From contig NC_135256.1 in NCBI RefSeq assembly GCF_964204865.1, forward strand, positions 21,266,001 through 21,330,000: a stretch of 64,000 bases of DNA. The letters are read 5' to 3'. This document shows, piece by piece, positions 10,699-22,150 of this stretch (its first letter is position 1; every line of letters begins with the position of its first letter). Below the pieces are notes generated by a model. It did not search any database and had not been told where the DNA came from. It was given only the letters and a program-made list of their open reading frames with translations. Position numbers and translations under genes: made by a program. The stretch is from Styela clava (taxonomy: Eukaryota).

Positions 10699-12689
10699 TC
10701 TTTACGTGTTAGAATGTATTCATGCAGCGCAGCCTGGTCCATACGGTAGTTTCTTTGGTCTAGCGTTCGTTTGATGTTCCTGCGCTGACAACTTTCTAAT
10801 GCGGAAAACAAAAATGCGTCATCCACTCATCGCATTGAAGAAAGCATAGCATCTATTGCACATACGATACACAAATCTGATTTAAAAAATATGCTCCACA
10901 TTCAACTCCAACGTTCTCTAAATATTTAGAAGACTATATCCATCGGTTTAGTGGATCAATTTTTCCTGTCCTTTAAAGTCTCATTTGGTCGCGCGTCCGC
11001 TTAAAACTATATAACCTGATTGACTACTGGCTGACTAACCGAGGAATTAAAACCTGCTTGAACAATGAGCTTGCTTTTCCGGTATGAATAAGCAATGTCG
11101 CTGAATTTAAATATGAATGAATATAGTTCATAGCCAATTTCCTTAATTCACGACCATCCAGCGTAGGAATAGTTTAGTTTAGAATCAGTTTCGGAAGTTG
11201 TCACATTAATATGATAAGGTATTGTAAACGCAAATAAGTAAATTCATCACTATTACGATATATTTTCCGCATTAGAAACAAATGTCAACATGCGTCACTG
11301 ATGTGAGATATGTATACTGTTAAAAGTGCAGTATTTCCTGATATGATTTTACCGAATTGCACTAAAATATTTTGACCGAAGAGGCCGCCTATTGAATTGA
11401 TGCAACCTGTCCTACACTCACTCGTGCTCAATAATGCCAATATACCTGTTTTTACACGATCATCTAAGCATAACTCTACTCAGTAGAAAGAGGATATTGC
11501 TTTTCGGAATCGTCGGCGTTTTGATATGGATCATTGGGAATTATAAATATATTCTTATCTCTGTCAATTTTTGCTGACTTTTGACATTCTAGTATCATTC
11601 AAAAATAACGGTAAATATGGCAGTGTTTTCACCAATGAACAGTTGCACCCACAGTCAGCCTGGATATTTGCACCCATGAATATCCGCACCCATGGACATT
11701 TACACCCGAATTCATTTTCTTCCAGGAATGTTTGTGTTTTCAGACAAAGTTTCATTTCTTTATTATATCCATGTTTGGCCCGGAGTTGGTTTTGAGGCTA
11801 TGTGTCATTTATCACAGGCATATTGAAGTAGACGAGAATTCAATGCCATTGTGGCCGAGTGATTTTCATTTTAAATTTTGCTTAGATATGGAGACTAAAC
11901 TGGTGGATTGCTTAAATGCGATATCAGACACAATCCAACCTTTAGGACCGATAGTTCATGCGTCTGTTTTAGGAGAATTTGGAAAAATTGCTTTGAAACT
12001 ATTGGACCAATCGTTTAAATACTTTTTATGAAATACGAAAACACGCTTTCTGTGACGCCTATATTTCCAAAAAACTTTGTTGTTAGGACTTATCGTAACA
12101 ATACCGATGTGCCACCCTCGTAACCAAAGGTTTGAGCATTGCTCTAGAAGTGTATTCTATCCTGAAAATGTTTAGCTTTGAAATTTATTAATTCGTACAA
12201 ATTATTGGACACAGAGTGTATATATATTGATAGATTTAATAAATCTTATTTGTGAAGAATCTCGTTGTTGTTGTTGCGCTTTTAACCGCAACCAATGGCC
12301 CGATCGATTTCAAATTATCAGTCCTTAAAAATGACATATGTCGCTGAGGGTTCTTATGTATATTTTTAATTTCCAATTGTTCCCTATGTCTCTATGGTGC
12401 TCGATTTGACTTGTGATTTTACTTACCTTTATAGGCTGTTGATGTTCAGGAACTCCACGCTACGAACAATATCTTGCTGCTACTGATGTCCGGTGAAAAT
12501 TCGGCGCTTCAGAAGTATGTGCACCAAGATGACGCACAAACTGATAACCCTAACCTGGTACACACCAGAGTTGGATCAATTACAGTAATTCAATTCAATT
12601 ACACTTACCATTACAATTACTCCCCTGAATTTTTCAATTACATTACAATTACTCCGTGCAAAAAATATCAAATAACAAAATACATTTAA

Positions 12690-13083
12690 AACAAGAGAGC
12701 TACGCCCAAATATATGGACACGTCTGTTTGCAGTACAGTACGGTTTACCGTACCGTCAGATCACAGTCTACAAATATATTCACACCAAGCGAAGCAGTAC
12801 AGTAGGACACAAAATGGCGTCCAATGTCCGCAGAACGTTCGGTGACGTCATAGCAAACAAAAACAAATCTTACAGAGCTAACAGAAATATTTGAAATAAA
12901 TAGTAATAGCCTTCTGGAGCAAAATTTTATCTTTAACCACTAAAAATTTCAAAGCAATTGGTCCAGTGATCAAAGAGAAAAGCGGTTTTTTAATATGTCC
13001 ACTAGGTGTCAAAAAAGTGTCAAATAACAACAAGAACAACATAAAAACAAAACGATCGTTATGTCCACTAAACGTGTCCAATT
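12690..13083. mobile_element. Helentron/DINE-1-like (HINE) non-autonomous element
   Basis: Begins AACAAG; subterminal inverted repeat ggacacgt...acgtgtcc; (AAC)-rich tract near the end. Its head aacaagagag..gc.caaatatatggacac recurs at ~13087 and ~40304. Confidence 0.6.
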
Positions 13084-13413
13084 ACAACAAAGCAATGCTC
13101 AAATATATGGACACATTACACAGAGCGAAGCAGTTTTTACCCTTGACGCTACCGCTACCCTCAAAACATTAACGGATGCGAAAAGGCATATTGTTACGTC
13201 ACTTTTTCGCATCTTGCTGATTGGCTAATGTTACGAAATAAAAAAAGAAGACCGTTCATGGAAAACGCTGCGGGAGCACCGTCTGCGCAAAACAATAGCC
13301 TGCGGCAATATACGCAAACCATAGTCGTGTTAAAAAATTATCAATATTTTAGAATGTACGGCATATCTTATCATGATAACGATATGCTGCGGTTAAAAAT
13401 CGTAAGACAGAAC

Positions 13414-16400
13414 ATGACTCGTCGTAAGAGAATTTACTTGGTTGGACTGTTTGTGATAGTCTCTGCATTAACAACTATTCAGTTCTTGAAAGGGGATTAC
13501 GAAACATTCAAAGGTGATAAAATTATAACTTCTTAAGAGTCTGTTTGAAAATTTTTGAATTGATTTAGTATTGAAATATTTCAATACTGTATTTTCAGAA
13601 TGCATATGTATATATTAAAAAAGGAGGGTAAAATATTAAATATCATATTATCAGCGGTAGAATGCTTGACATTTTTTTTTACCTTGACAGCACGCAGAAA
13701 TAGACTGAAGATATTGGATGACTATTTGACAAGTGTAGGAGCAAATCGGACTCAGGTGATGCAAATTTTCATCATCAATAATTGGAATGAGTAGACTACT
13801 AAACAAGGAGTTGCATGCGACTCATGACGCTGTAGGAGCTATACACGGGTTTATCCTTAAGAAATGAACTCCAGTGTAATGCGATAAACACTAGACCTGA
13901 AATAGTTCAAGCTTACATTGCCCTCTTGGTAAAAAACTTTCGGTATTGAAATTTCAACCTATTAACAAAACCGCTGGAACGGGGGTCGGTTTCTTTACCT
14001 TATCTGCTGCTTTTTTGGAGATACTGTTTCTAATAATAGACCGATCCGGAATCTTGGTCCTGATCTAGAAAAGGAGGTTTTGGTTCAAAGTGCAGCGTTG
14101 GGTGCTCCCGAGTTATGTGTACCAGGTTAGGGTTAGGCCATAATTTCAGTTACAAATACTACGGGAGTCACTTGGCTATTCCCCGAACTCGTAATAGAAC
14201 TAAATAGGAAAAATTGAAATAAAATTATGGCCTAACCCATAGCCTGATACACAAACTACGTTCCGGTGTCCGCCATCTTAGTTTCACATACTTCGGGAGC
14301 ACCCAACGCTGCACTTTGAACTAAAACTTTTTCAGTTCGCATGATCTCATGAGTATGAGATTCATATCTTGCAAAAGATATTCTTTACTTCTTCAAATTC
14401 TTCCAGAGTTGCTTCAAGAAATTCTCCACTTTTTGCGTTTTTCTCAAAACTGCTAAAAATGACTTACGCAATTCGGTTATTAGCGTGACGATTCGATAAT
14501 CTTGGCAAAATATTACTATTAGTTGTAAATCGGGTTCAACTCGGATTCCATGAATTAGGTCAGAACGAGTTTATCATAATTCATAACAAATCATTTTCTG
14601 TCTAGTAGATTATGCGTGTCATCCAAGTCTGTAGCACGAGGACTAAATAGTACATCTTCTTTGCAGTTTTTAATAAAATGCTTTTTATTAATCGTACACT
14701 AACTTCACACTTGAGGCAAATTTTTTTCCATCAATAAACACATGTTTGTCATGTAAATATGTAATTATTTCCATGATTCATTCCGTTACGTTTTGGCTAC
14801 GTTTAAGTCAAACGTTTCACTGATCTAATCGTTGATTTGAGATGTGCTGCGATAATATCAACGTAATATTATTTATTTTCAATCTCACTCCAATGGTAAT
14901 AATGAAATCTAAATTTTTGCTAACTCCAAAGAATCCCGAACAAGCAAGTCGCTTTCTACATAATTTACTTGAGGCAAACAGACTCGAGTTAGGGATTGAA
15001 AAGTTCACCTATAGCGGTAAATTTACCCATAAGAAAACGTCGATCTACGTCTAATAGGGCATTACGTTATAATATTTATAAAATATCCGGCAAAACGGCC
15101 AAATGTCCTTGGCGGCAACGATTTTGCAAATCCGAAATACCCAAAGTTCCATTCATTTCGATGCAGCGTATTCATAGCCATCCATTTAGAAGTTGACTAT
15201 TTGTATGAAATAAAGTGCTAACTTAACAGAGGAGTTCAAAAATCGCAAGCACAGGTACGCCAAGATTAACAGTTCGCGAGAGAAACTGCTGTAATTGTTT
15301 CAAATATATATACGCTGCCTGTGTGTGAAAAGGTTTTGCATTTTTGCCAATTCGAGAGATGTAAAGCTGCTGAAAACATTTGAATGTCTTAATAAGAAGG
15401 AATTGTTCATCGAATTTATTAAATTCTCTTTTTATTTATTATCAATTTTCTAACTTTATTTTCAAATCAGACTAGCATAAAAAGACTTCCCAATGCAATT
15501 ATCATTGGGGCTGAAAAATGTGGAACTGGGGCATTGACTCGGTTTCTCGCTCAACATCCGTTGATAAAAGCACCAATAAATTTGGAAAGATTTTTTTTCA
15601 ACAACGAGCATTATCAAGATAGCATGGAAAAATACATGTAAAATTTATATTTTATATAATTATCAACTTCTATGTTTTATTTTATATATTGTTGAATTAG
15701 TTGTTTAGTGATTGACAATAGTATAATAAAAGTATATAGCTGTGCCTTTCTGACGTTTCTTTTTGCGATAGAAACCTAAAAAATCCAAGCTGCGTTAGTC
15801 AAATATATAATGTATGTATGATCCATAGTCAGAAGAGTCCATTTTTTTCACAAGAAATCAGTCGGTCATGCTCTCATTATTGAAAGTCAATTTTGAGCTG
15901 TAAATAGGTAAAACGCATCTCCGCTAGCGACGGCAAGAATATTTCATTGGTATCTGGTCGACCAGTTGCAATATATGCATATATAAATGTACATGACGAT
16001 GTACATTCTTTTGTACATTCTTTTATTACAGAAAATCATTACCGGCTGCTAAAGATTACGAAATTGTTATTGAAAAGACTCCCGCATATTTAAAGGCCCT
16101 CGGAACATCTGAAAGAATACATAGAACGATTCCGGATGCAAAAATCATTTTACTTTTATGCGATCCAGTCAATAGAACATACTCGGATTTTTTACAGCAC
16201 GTATGTAAACTTTTAATTTTCCGGTTAAAATCTTAGTGAGTTATAATCAGATTTATACTTAGGGGTATAATTTTGCCTCGTACTAAAAAAGTATTATACT
16301 ATTTTCGATACTCCCGAAGTATGTGGACCAAGATGGCGGACATCGGAACGTAGTTGTGTACCAGGTTAGGGTTAGGCAATAATTTCATGTACAAATACTA

Positions 16401-17422
16401 CGAGAGTCACTTGGCTAGTCCCCGAACTCATAATAGAACTAAAATAAGGAAATTGGAATAAAATTATGGCCTAACCTGGTACTGGTTATGGCCGCATCAT
16501 TAAACTTCAGCGTGGAGAGCCAACCTGAAACAATAGCCGAACTATAGTTGAAGTTAATGAAATATTACAACTTCTCTTTGTGCATATGATTTATTATAAT
16601 AATTATATATAAGATTATAAATTCGTTTGCTGTTTGCTTATTATATGGGACAAAAATGAAGATATCCAGTGAGAGATATCCAAATAGTTTGATATCCCAC
16701 ATTAGAATCATGTCTTGCAATTTACTCTGTGTAATTTTATGTAAGTCATGACGTCTAGGAAAAATAGTAAATTTGCTAGGAAGTAATACTATATCGGAAT
16801 TAGGTGAAAAACATTTTGTCAAAATAACATCACTTTCGAAACGTTGTTAGAAAAAATCTTTAGACACTGCTAGATATAATGATGTGATCATATATTTCCT
16901 TTCCAGAAAAATATTGGAGATATCAACGAAGCAGCGAATTTCGATACATTTGTTGGAATGGAAATCGAGAAGTTGTACGAGAAGTATGCGACATTTCATG
17001 AGAAAGTGTTTGAAAACTATGTATTATCTGGAGAAGCTAATTTTCAATTGAGTCACATCGTTTCGAGTGGAATGTATTATTATTATGTCAAATACTGGCT
17101 CAAAACATGGAAATTGAACGAAAACTTTCTTATTTTAAACGGCGAGACATTTCTTCGAACACCATGGAAGACTCTTGACAAAGTACAACAATTTTTAGGC
17201 ATTCCTAAAATAATCAATGAAAACGATTTTAAACAACAATCTACAGGATTCTACTGTATCCATCAACTATACAACAAAGAATTCCTGTGTTTTTCAAAGG
17301 ATAATAAAGGAAGGTCGAGACTCCAAAATCATGAGTGGGCACCTGAAATACTTCGCAAATTTTTCGCCAAGAGTAACGAAAAATTATATTCATTAATTGG
17401 GGAAACATTCGACTGGCAATGA
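13414..17422 (+). CDS. Heparan sulfate 3-O-sulfotransferase-like protein B, 5 exons: 13414-13513, 13691-13755, 15471-15637, 16032-16200, 16907-17422; ~338 aa
   Basis: MTRRKRIYLVGLFVIVSAL signal anchor; KRLPNAIIIGAEKCGTGAL; EKTPAYL; LCDPVNRTYSDF; GMYY..VKYWL; GFYC...C...KGR; FF...NEKL...IGETFDW. Junctions GT-AG and in phase; AATAAA at 17447. Confidence 0.9.
14083..14321. mobile_element. Foldback MITE with GGTTAGGGTTAGG inner repeats (family also at 12503-12563, 16309-16482, 36323-36534)
   Basis: Perfect 29-bp terminal inverted repeat gttcaaagtgcagcgttgggtgctcccga, plus inner IR ggttaggccataattt/aaattatggcctaacc. Confidence 0.8.
16309..16482. mobile_element. MITE of the same family, 3'-truncated
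   Basis: ctcccgaagtatgtg...caagatggcggac...accaggttagggttagg...ccgaactcataatagaactaaa...aattatggcctaacctggtac. Confidence 0.75.
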
Positions 17423-17622
17423 GAATGAGTATTATTCAGAAATTTCAATAAACGTTATCAAAAAGTCGCTTGTTTTAATAATTTTCAATTGTTAGATGTG
17501 TTATGAAGCGCATTGTTAATCGGGTTAATTTCGCCTACAAATACTTCCATAAAAATATAGATGCGTATTGTAAATGCCTGTAAAGAGAAATTTTTCGTTA
17601 CTCCGTGCTTCAAGTATTGCTG

Positions 17623-17835
17623 AGGCGTGTCCGGAAAATTCACTGCAGGAAATTTTGCCCCGTAGGGGGAATCGCAAGAGCATTTTGCTGTAAAACAAGT
17701 ATTTGTGAAAAAAAAACAGTTAGGTTTATAGGGTGATGCTCTTAAATAACGAATCCTTTTTAAATAAGGCGATTTTTCATTCGGCGATGAATTTTCCTAT
17801 GCGACGAAATTCCCTGCGGCGAATTTTCCTACAAC
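17623..17835. mobile_element. Small foldback/MITE-like repeat
   Basis: Repeated ggaaaattc/ggaaattt motifs at the left mirror gaattttcc/aaattccc motifs at the right. Confidence 0.5.
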
Positions 17836-18899
17836 CTTATACTGGGTCTGGTTAACAGACCGTAAATTATATTTGTCAAATACCTAATCGCTACATTTTA
17901 AATAAAAATGAAGGCTGAAACAAACAAATGTTTACAATTCGAATTGGTGAGGATATTTCAGTACCAGACGTTGAAGCCTAATTCATCCTGCACGTGTGCA
18001 TTCAAATGAAAAAAATTACTATTTTTGATTCGTCCGTCCTATGCAATTACTTGGCCACATGCCAATTTTTGTAATGTTCCGCTGCATTTCCGAAAACTTG
18101 ATGATTTCAGAATCGAATATTTTTTCAAATTGAATCTCGAATACTTAGACGATATGTAATTGTATTTGACTTTCTTATTCTGGTGGGTTCTCCAGGCACA
18201 TAAATTACTGAAATTATAGAATCCATCACCTAAACAGTTTGCTGAGCGTTCACATACAATAAGAAACATGTTTAATCAACAACTCATCAAAAAGATAAGA
18301 GTCATATGTCAGAATTGCACAGTAAAAACAAATAAAATTGAGGAATTCACCTGATATTTGGCGGGCCAAAGAAACAAGATGGCGGTCAACTCTCTGAACC
18401 AATTTGCATATTTACTATTTGAGTCGAAATGTTCAGCTAACTTACACTTAATCCTAACTTAAACTGACTTTTCATATTTGTCTCATTGACTACCGTGATT
18501 GCAATTTTCAATATCACGGTTCTGCTTTATGTACGCCATGCTTTTCAATACACCTTGGGGCACCGGCTGAAAACCCTTGCTATAGGTTTTGCTGTGAAAT
18601 TGTATCAATCAGGCAAATGAAAAATCATATACGATCTCGTGTGCAAAGTTTGTACCCAAAATTTAGAGCTTGAGTTTTGAAGGAGGTCACTTCCCTTATA
18701 AGAAAACCTTGGTTAACACTCCTGATACCCGGCAATTAGCGAGAAATTTGAATTTATATCTTGTGTAACCGCCCATACATTTCGACCAATAAATTATAAG
18801 AAGGAAAAATTGAATGTCCTGTCCAATATATTCGTAGATTTTCTTCCTAACAATCTTGTACACCGCACAAATTATTAGCCTTGGCATTCTATTTCTTCC

Positions 18900-20935
18900 T
18901 AATTATTTATTAGGGTAATACGAGTTCAACTGTGGTCACCAGGGGTCAAAAGGTCACAAAAACCTGGGAGGAAATCGTAGTACCTCTTTGATAGATACCA
19001 AAATTACCTCCTTACCTCACTCTCAACTCATCTAGTCAAAAAGGGAAAAAGTTCACAACCACAATGGCGCACACCTATTGTTGTGTTTTTGGCAGCTGTC
19101 CCGTGTAGGCTGGGCAATGGCTACGGCCAGTAGAGGAAATTCCCTGCGTTTATATATATTTCGCGACTGTTAGACATATCTGGTACATTTACTATGCTAG
19201 AGGAGGTAGCGAAAAACTTACATTGATTCTTCTTTATCGTTTTTCTTACCCATTTCCAACACAATTCAATTTAACTTTGCACATTTTTCTGGCAACTGTT
19301 TCCCGACTGCAGTTTAAAAAAACATGCCGACCAGCAGGAACCTCGTGCATCTGTCGATGGGAGTTGTTGACCAGGCCCGTCGTAGTAGATGATTCAAAAT
19401 GTACAATCTGCCAAGAGACTTCTACTGAGAAAACGGTAGGAACTGAAAATGGACGTAAACGGGTACATTCACCCCCCCCCCCCCCCCCCCATTCAATCAA
19501 TCCTGAATGTCGTCCAGAAAAACGAAATTTCTTTTGAAATGCCCCCTAAACATCCGCAGTAACGAAGTTATGCCCATCGACGCCAGAGAATAACTGCTCA
19601 ATGTGACGCTTACTGATGAGACATACAAGAAACTTCGAACTGCAAGATTTTCATGAATGAAACGTTTCGACTTTCTGACGCCATTCATCGTACTATTTTA
19701 CTTCCATTACATTTACTTCAATTCGCTCCGAAAAAGGTGTGCAGAAATTGAAGGCAAAATTGGCAATTAAGAAAGAAGATGCTCACAGCTCACATGAGAC
19801 GAAGCTTGAAATCGCACATGAGAGAGGTATTACTATAGACGAGCTACTTCAGTATATATATGATATGTGTACAAAGTCTCCTCTGTTTGAAGGGGTTTAT
19901 GACTAAACCAATAAAAAGTTCTATCGTCCGCCAACTGGTACGGTATTCGGCCCCAGGTGACCCAAGTAATCGGGCGTTTGATGTTTCAAGTGATGTTTGC
20001 TATATCACCGACGTTGTGGCGAACGTTTGCAAAATTCCATCTAACAATTCCACATGATTTAAACATTTCTCAAATGCATTTTTGAGTTTTATCGCCTCCT
20101 CAACGAAGGGTGCTGAAGAATTGCCTTTGTATTTGACTCGTACATGGAGAGATCGTTGAAAGATTCTGAGCGCCAAAGAAGAGCGACTGTGGCACCCATA
20201 TAACTTTATGTTATACAGTTACCGCTACCACGTGAAATCGACAAGTTCTGGGCGTCTAGTGAGTAGTGACAACAAATTCATGCTTGGATGTCAGATTTAC
20301 ATAGGGGCCATTGAAAAGATTTGGTTTTAATCTTCGTTGCATACCATTGTGAGCCATTCAGTTCAACAAGGTTTATTCCCGTTCACATTCTTGCCAGAAA
20401 AATTGTATATGTGATATTTTTCTTCTATGCTTCCTTCATGCATTATCCGGCTGCGATTATACCAGCAAGATTGGGACAAATCATGCAGCCATGTCTGCTG
20501 ATACAGAGACATATTTAAGAGATTTTCACGTGCTGAGAAATGTTCTTGATAAAGTGATAGATAGGGAAGAAGCCAATTTAACCCAAGTTTTAAAGAAAGC
20601 AACCAGCTTGGAAACAATGTCAAGCTCCATAGCTACAAATATCATCATTCAAAGCAAGCATCGTTGGAAACCCTACCCCCCAACAAGTCACGCAATTAGA
20701 ATGCTCATCAGCAGAGCTCATATTGCAACGCATGAAATGGTGTCCTAACGTCATCTCAGGTTACTCTTAACCCAAGAGAGTTTACGTTGAACTCGATGAA
20801 GATCTTTTGAGAGGCAGCAATCCGATTCCTGAATACATATCCATCTCAAGTACATGCAAGGCGTGTGGGACAAAACAATGCCCTTGTCCCAACTTAGGAA
20901 AGTACTGCTGTTGATTCTGCAATTGTCATAGTAGC
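18900..20935 (+). mobile_element. Degenerate, internally deleted Academ-type (XPG nuclease + Cys cluster) DNA transposon
   Basis: Frameshifted remnants in order: CTICQ..STE..GTENGRKRV (~19400); ERGITIDELLQY..D...SPLF..FMTKP.KS (~19820-19920); PIN/XPG-like RIAFVFDSYMERSLKDSERQRR (20117); RFIPVHILA; H3TH LHALSGCDYTSKIG (20434); PPTSHAI...I.RA; terminal CKACGTKQCPC...CC.FCNC (~20855-20930). TIRs were not located, so ends are approximate. Confidence 0.7.
19472..19490. repeat. C19 homopolymer (G-quadruplex-forming on the minus strand)
   Basis: 19 consecutive C inside the Academ relic. Confidence 0.9.
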
Positions 20936-20957
20936 ATCTCGAGTGGTTATTACGAAT

Positions 20958-21058
20958 AACACATAACCATCCCCGCATAGGATTCGAATCTGCGAACCCA
21001 CGCAGAGGTGCGGTGGCGAGCGTATTCCTAAAGCTAGCACGATGAGCCACACCGCCTC
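20958..21058 (-). mobile_element. 5' (tRNA-head) fragment of the same SINE, abutting the Academ relic
   Basis: cacataaccatcccc..ggattcgaa..tgcgaacccacgcagaggtgcggtggcgagcgtattcct...gagccacaccgcc is the reverse complement of the SINE head. Confidence 0.8.
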
Positions 21059-21479
21059 GTACATTGGCTGTAAATGGGCGAGGGTTCACCGCCACCCGAG
21101 TTTGACACATTGCAGTATCTGTAATATCTCAAATAAGCAAAACGACGCAACATTTCGTCGATGAGATATAGTTTGCAATTCTGACTCCATTTGTAAGCCA
21201 ATCGTATTTGATAATCTTTTTTTTAATTCGGTCTAGGTTTCTAGGAGGTTTAGTTTTAACCAAATAATGTCTTCATCATTTCCACTATCAGCAACGAAGA
21301 CGGTAAGTTAAGTTCATATAGTTGTTTCGAGTCAGCCGTAATAGTAATTTCCGAAAATTTAAATTCATAAATCCAGTTGAATTGTTAAAATTATTTTTAT
21401 GAGAGTTTGGAACACGAAATTTGTGCATTTCATCATTTGGTAAACAGTAATTCTGTTATTTTCAACACACAGGACACTT

Positions 21480-22150
21480 CGATATAGAATATATATAATG
21501 CAAATGAGTATAGGGATTAATTGCATACCAGAATGTTGAAAGGAATATATTGAGAATTCATTGATTTCAATTGTTTACAATATAAACATGTTTGATTTTG
21601 ATTAATTTTTATCTGGTACATTGTCTGAAAATACGTGTAGATTATGCGATGTAGTATTGAAAAGAAATTCATTTTCCCAGAAAAACAACAGCAGTTTGAA
21701 AGAAACTAATTGTACTCAATGACTTTATTTGGCTGTCATATTTTTTAAACAGTTATAATTCAACTATTGACACTAGACTAAAATCCTTCCAGAGAAATTT
21801 TTTCTGAAAACCACTGTGCTAAATAACTTGGTAAATTCAAATCTTTGTGGATTTTGTGAAAATGCGATTGAAGACCTATTTTATTTATTGTTTGATTGTC
21901 CAATCACGCAAAATTTTTGGCCACAAGTTAATATTTTGTTACTGACAATCCGTAATTTTCTGTGGACAAAAAGAGTGCTTTCCAGTTTATTTTAAACTTT
22001 CGAATGACATGTTATTAAATCGTTAACTGCAAGGTATTGTTCCAATATTCGTTGTTTTCGTCGTTCGTTCAAAGTGTAAGAGAAATCGAAAAAACTATGC
22101 AATTAATCGGGGCAAATTAGCTGTACAAAATGAAAAAAATATTTTACATC
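21480..22150 (+). mobile_element. L1/Tx1-type LINE ORF2 3' remnant (zf-RVT), degenerate
   Basis: STIDTRLKSFQ...NLCGFCENAIEDLFYLLFDCPITQNFW (RT-associated zinc finger, His lost), followed by an EIEK..A...GKL-like tail; many stops and frameshifts. Confidence 0.7.

Noticed and set aside
11620-11710. CRISPR-like short repeats with spacers (tgcaccc units)
   Set aside because: Repeats are only 7-9 bp and irregular, the context is eukaryotic with no cas genes, and they resemble MITE subterminal repeats.
14125-14140. Telomeric TTAGGG repeats (also ~16345, ~31930, ~36500)
   Set aside because: Only about two units, always inside MITEs; not a telomere or interstitial telomeric array.
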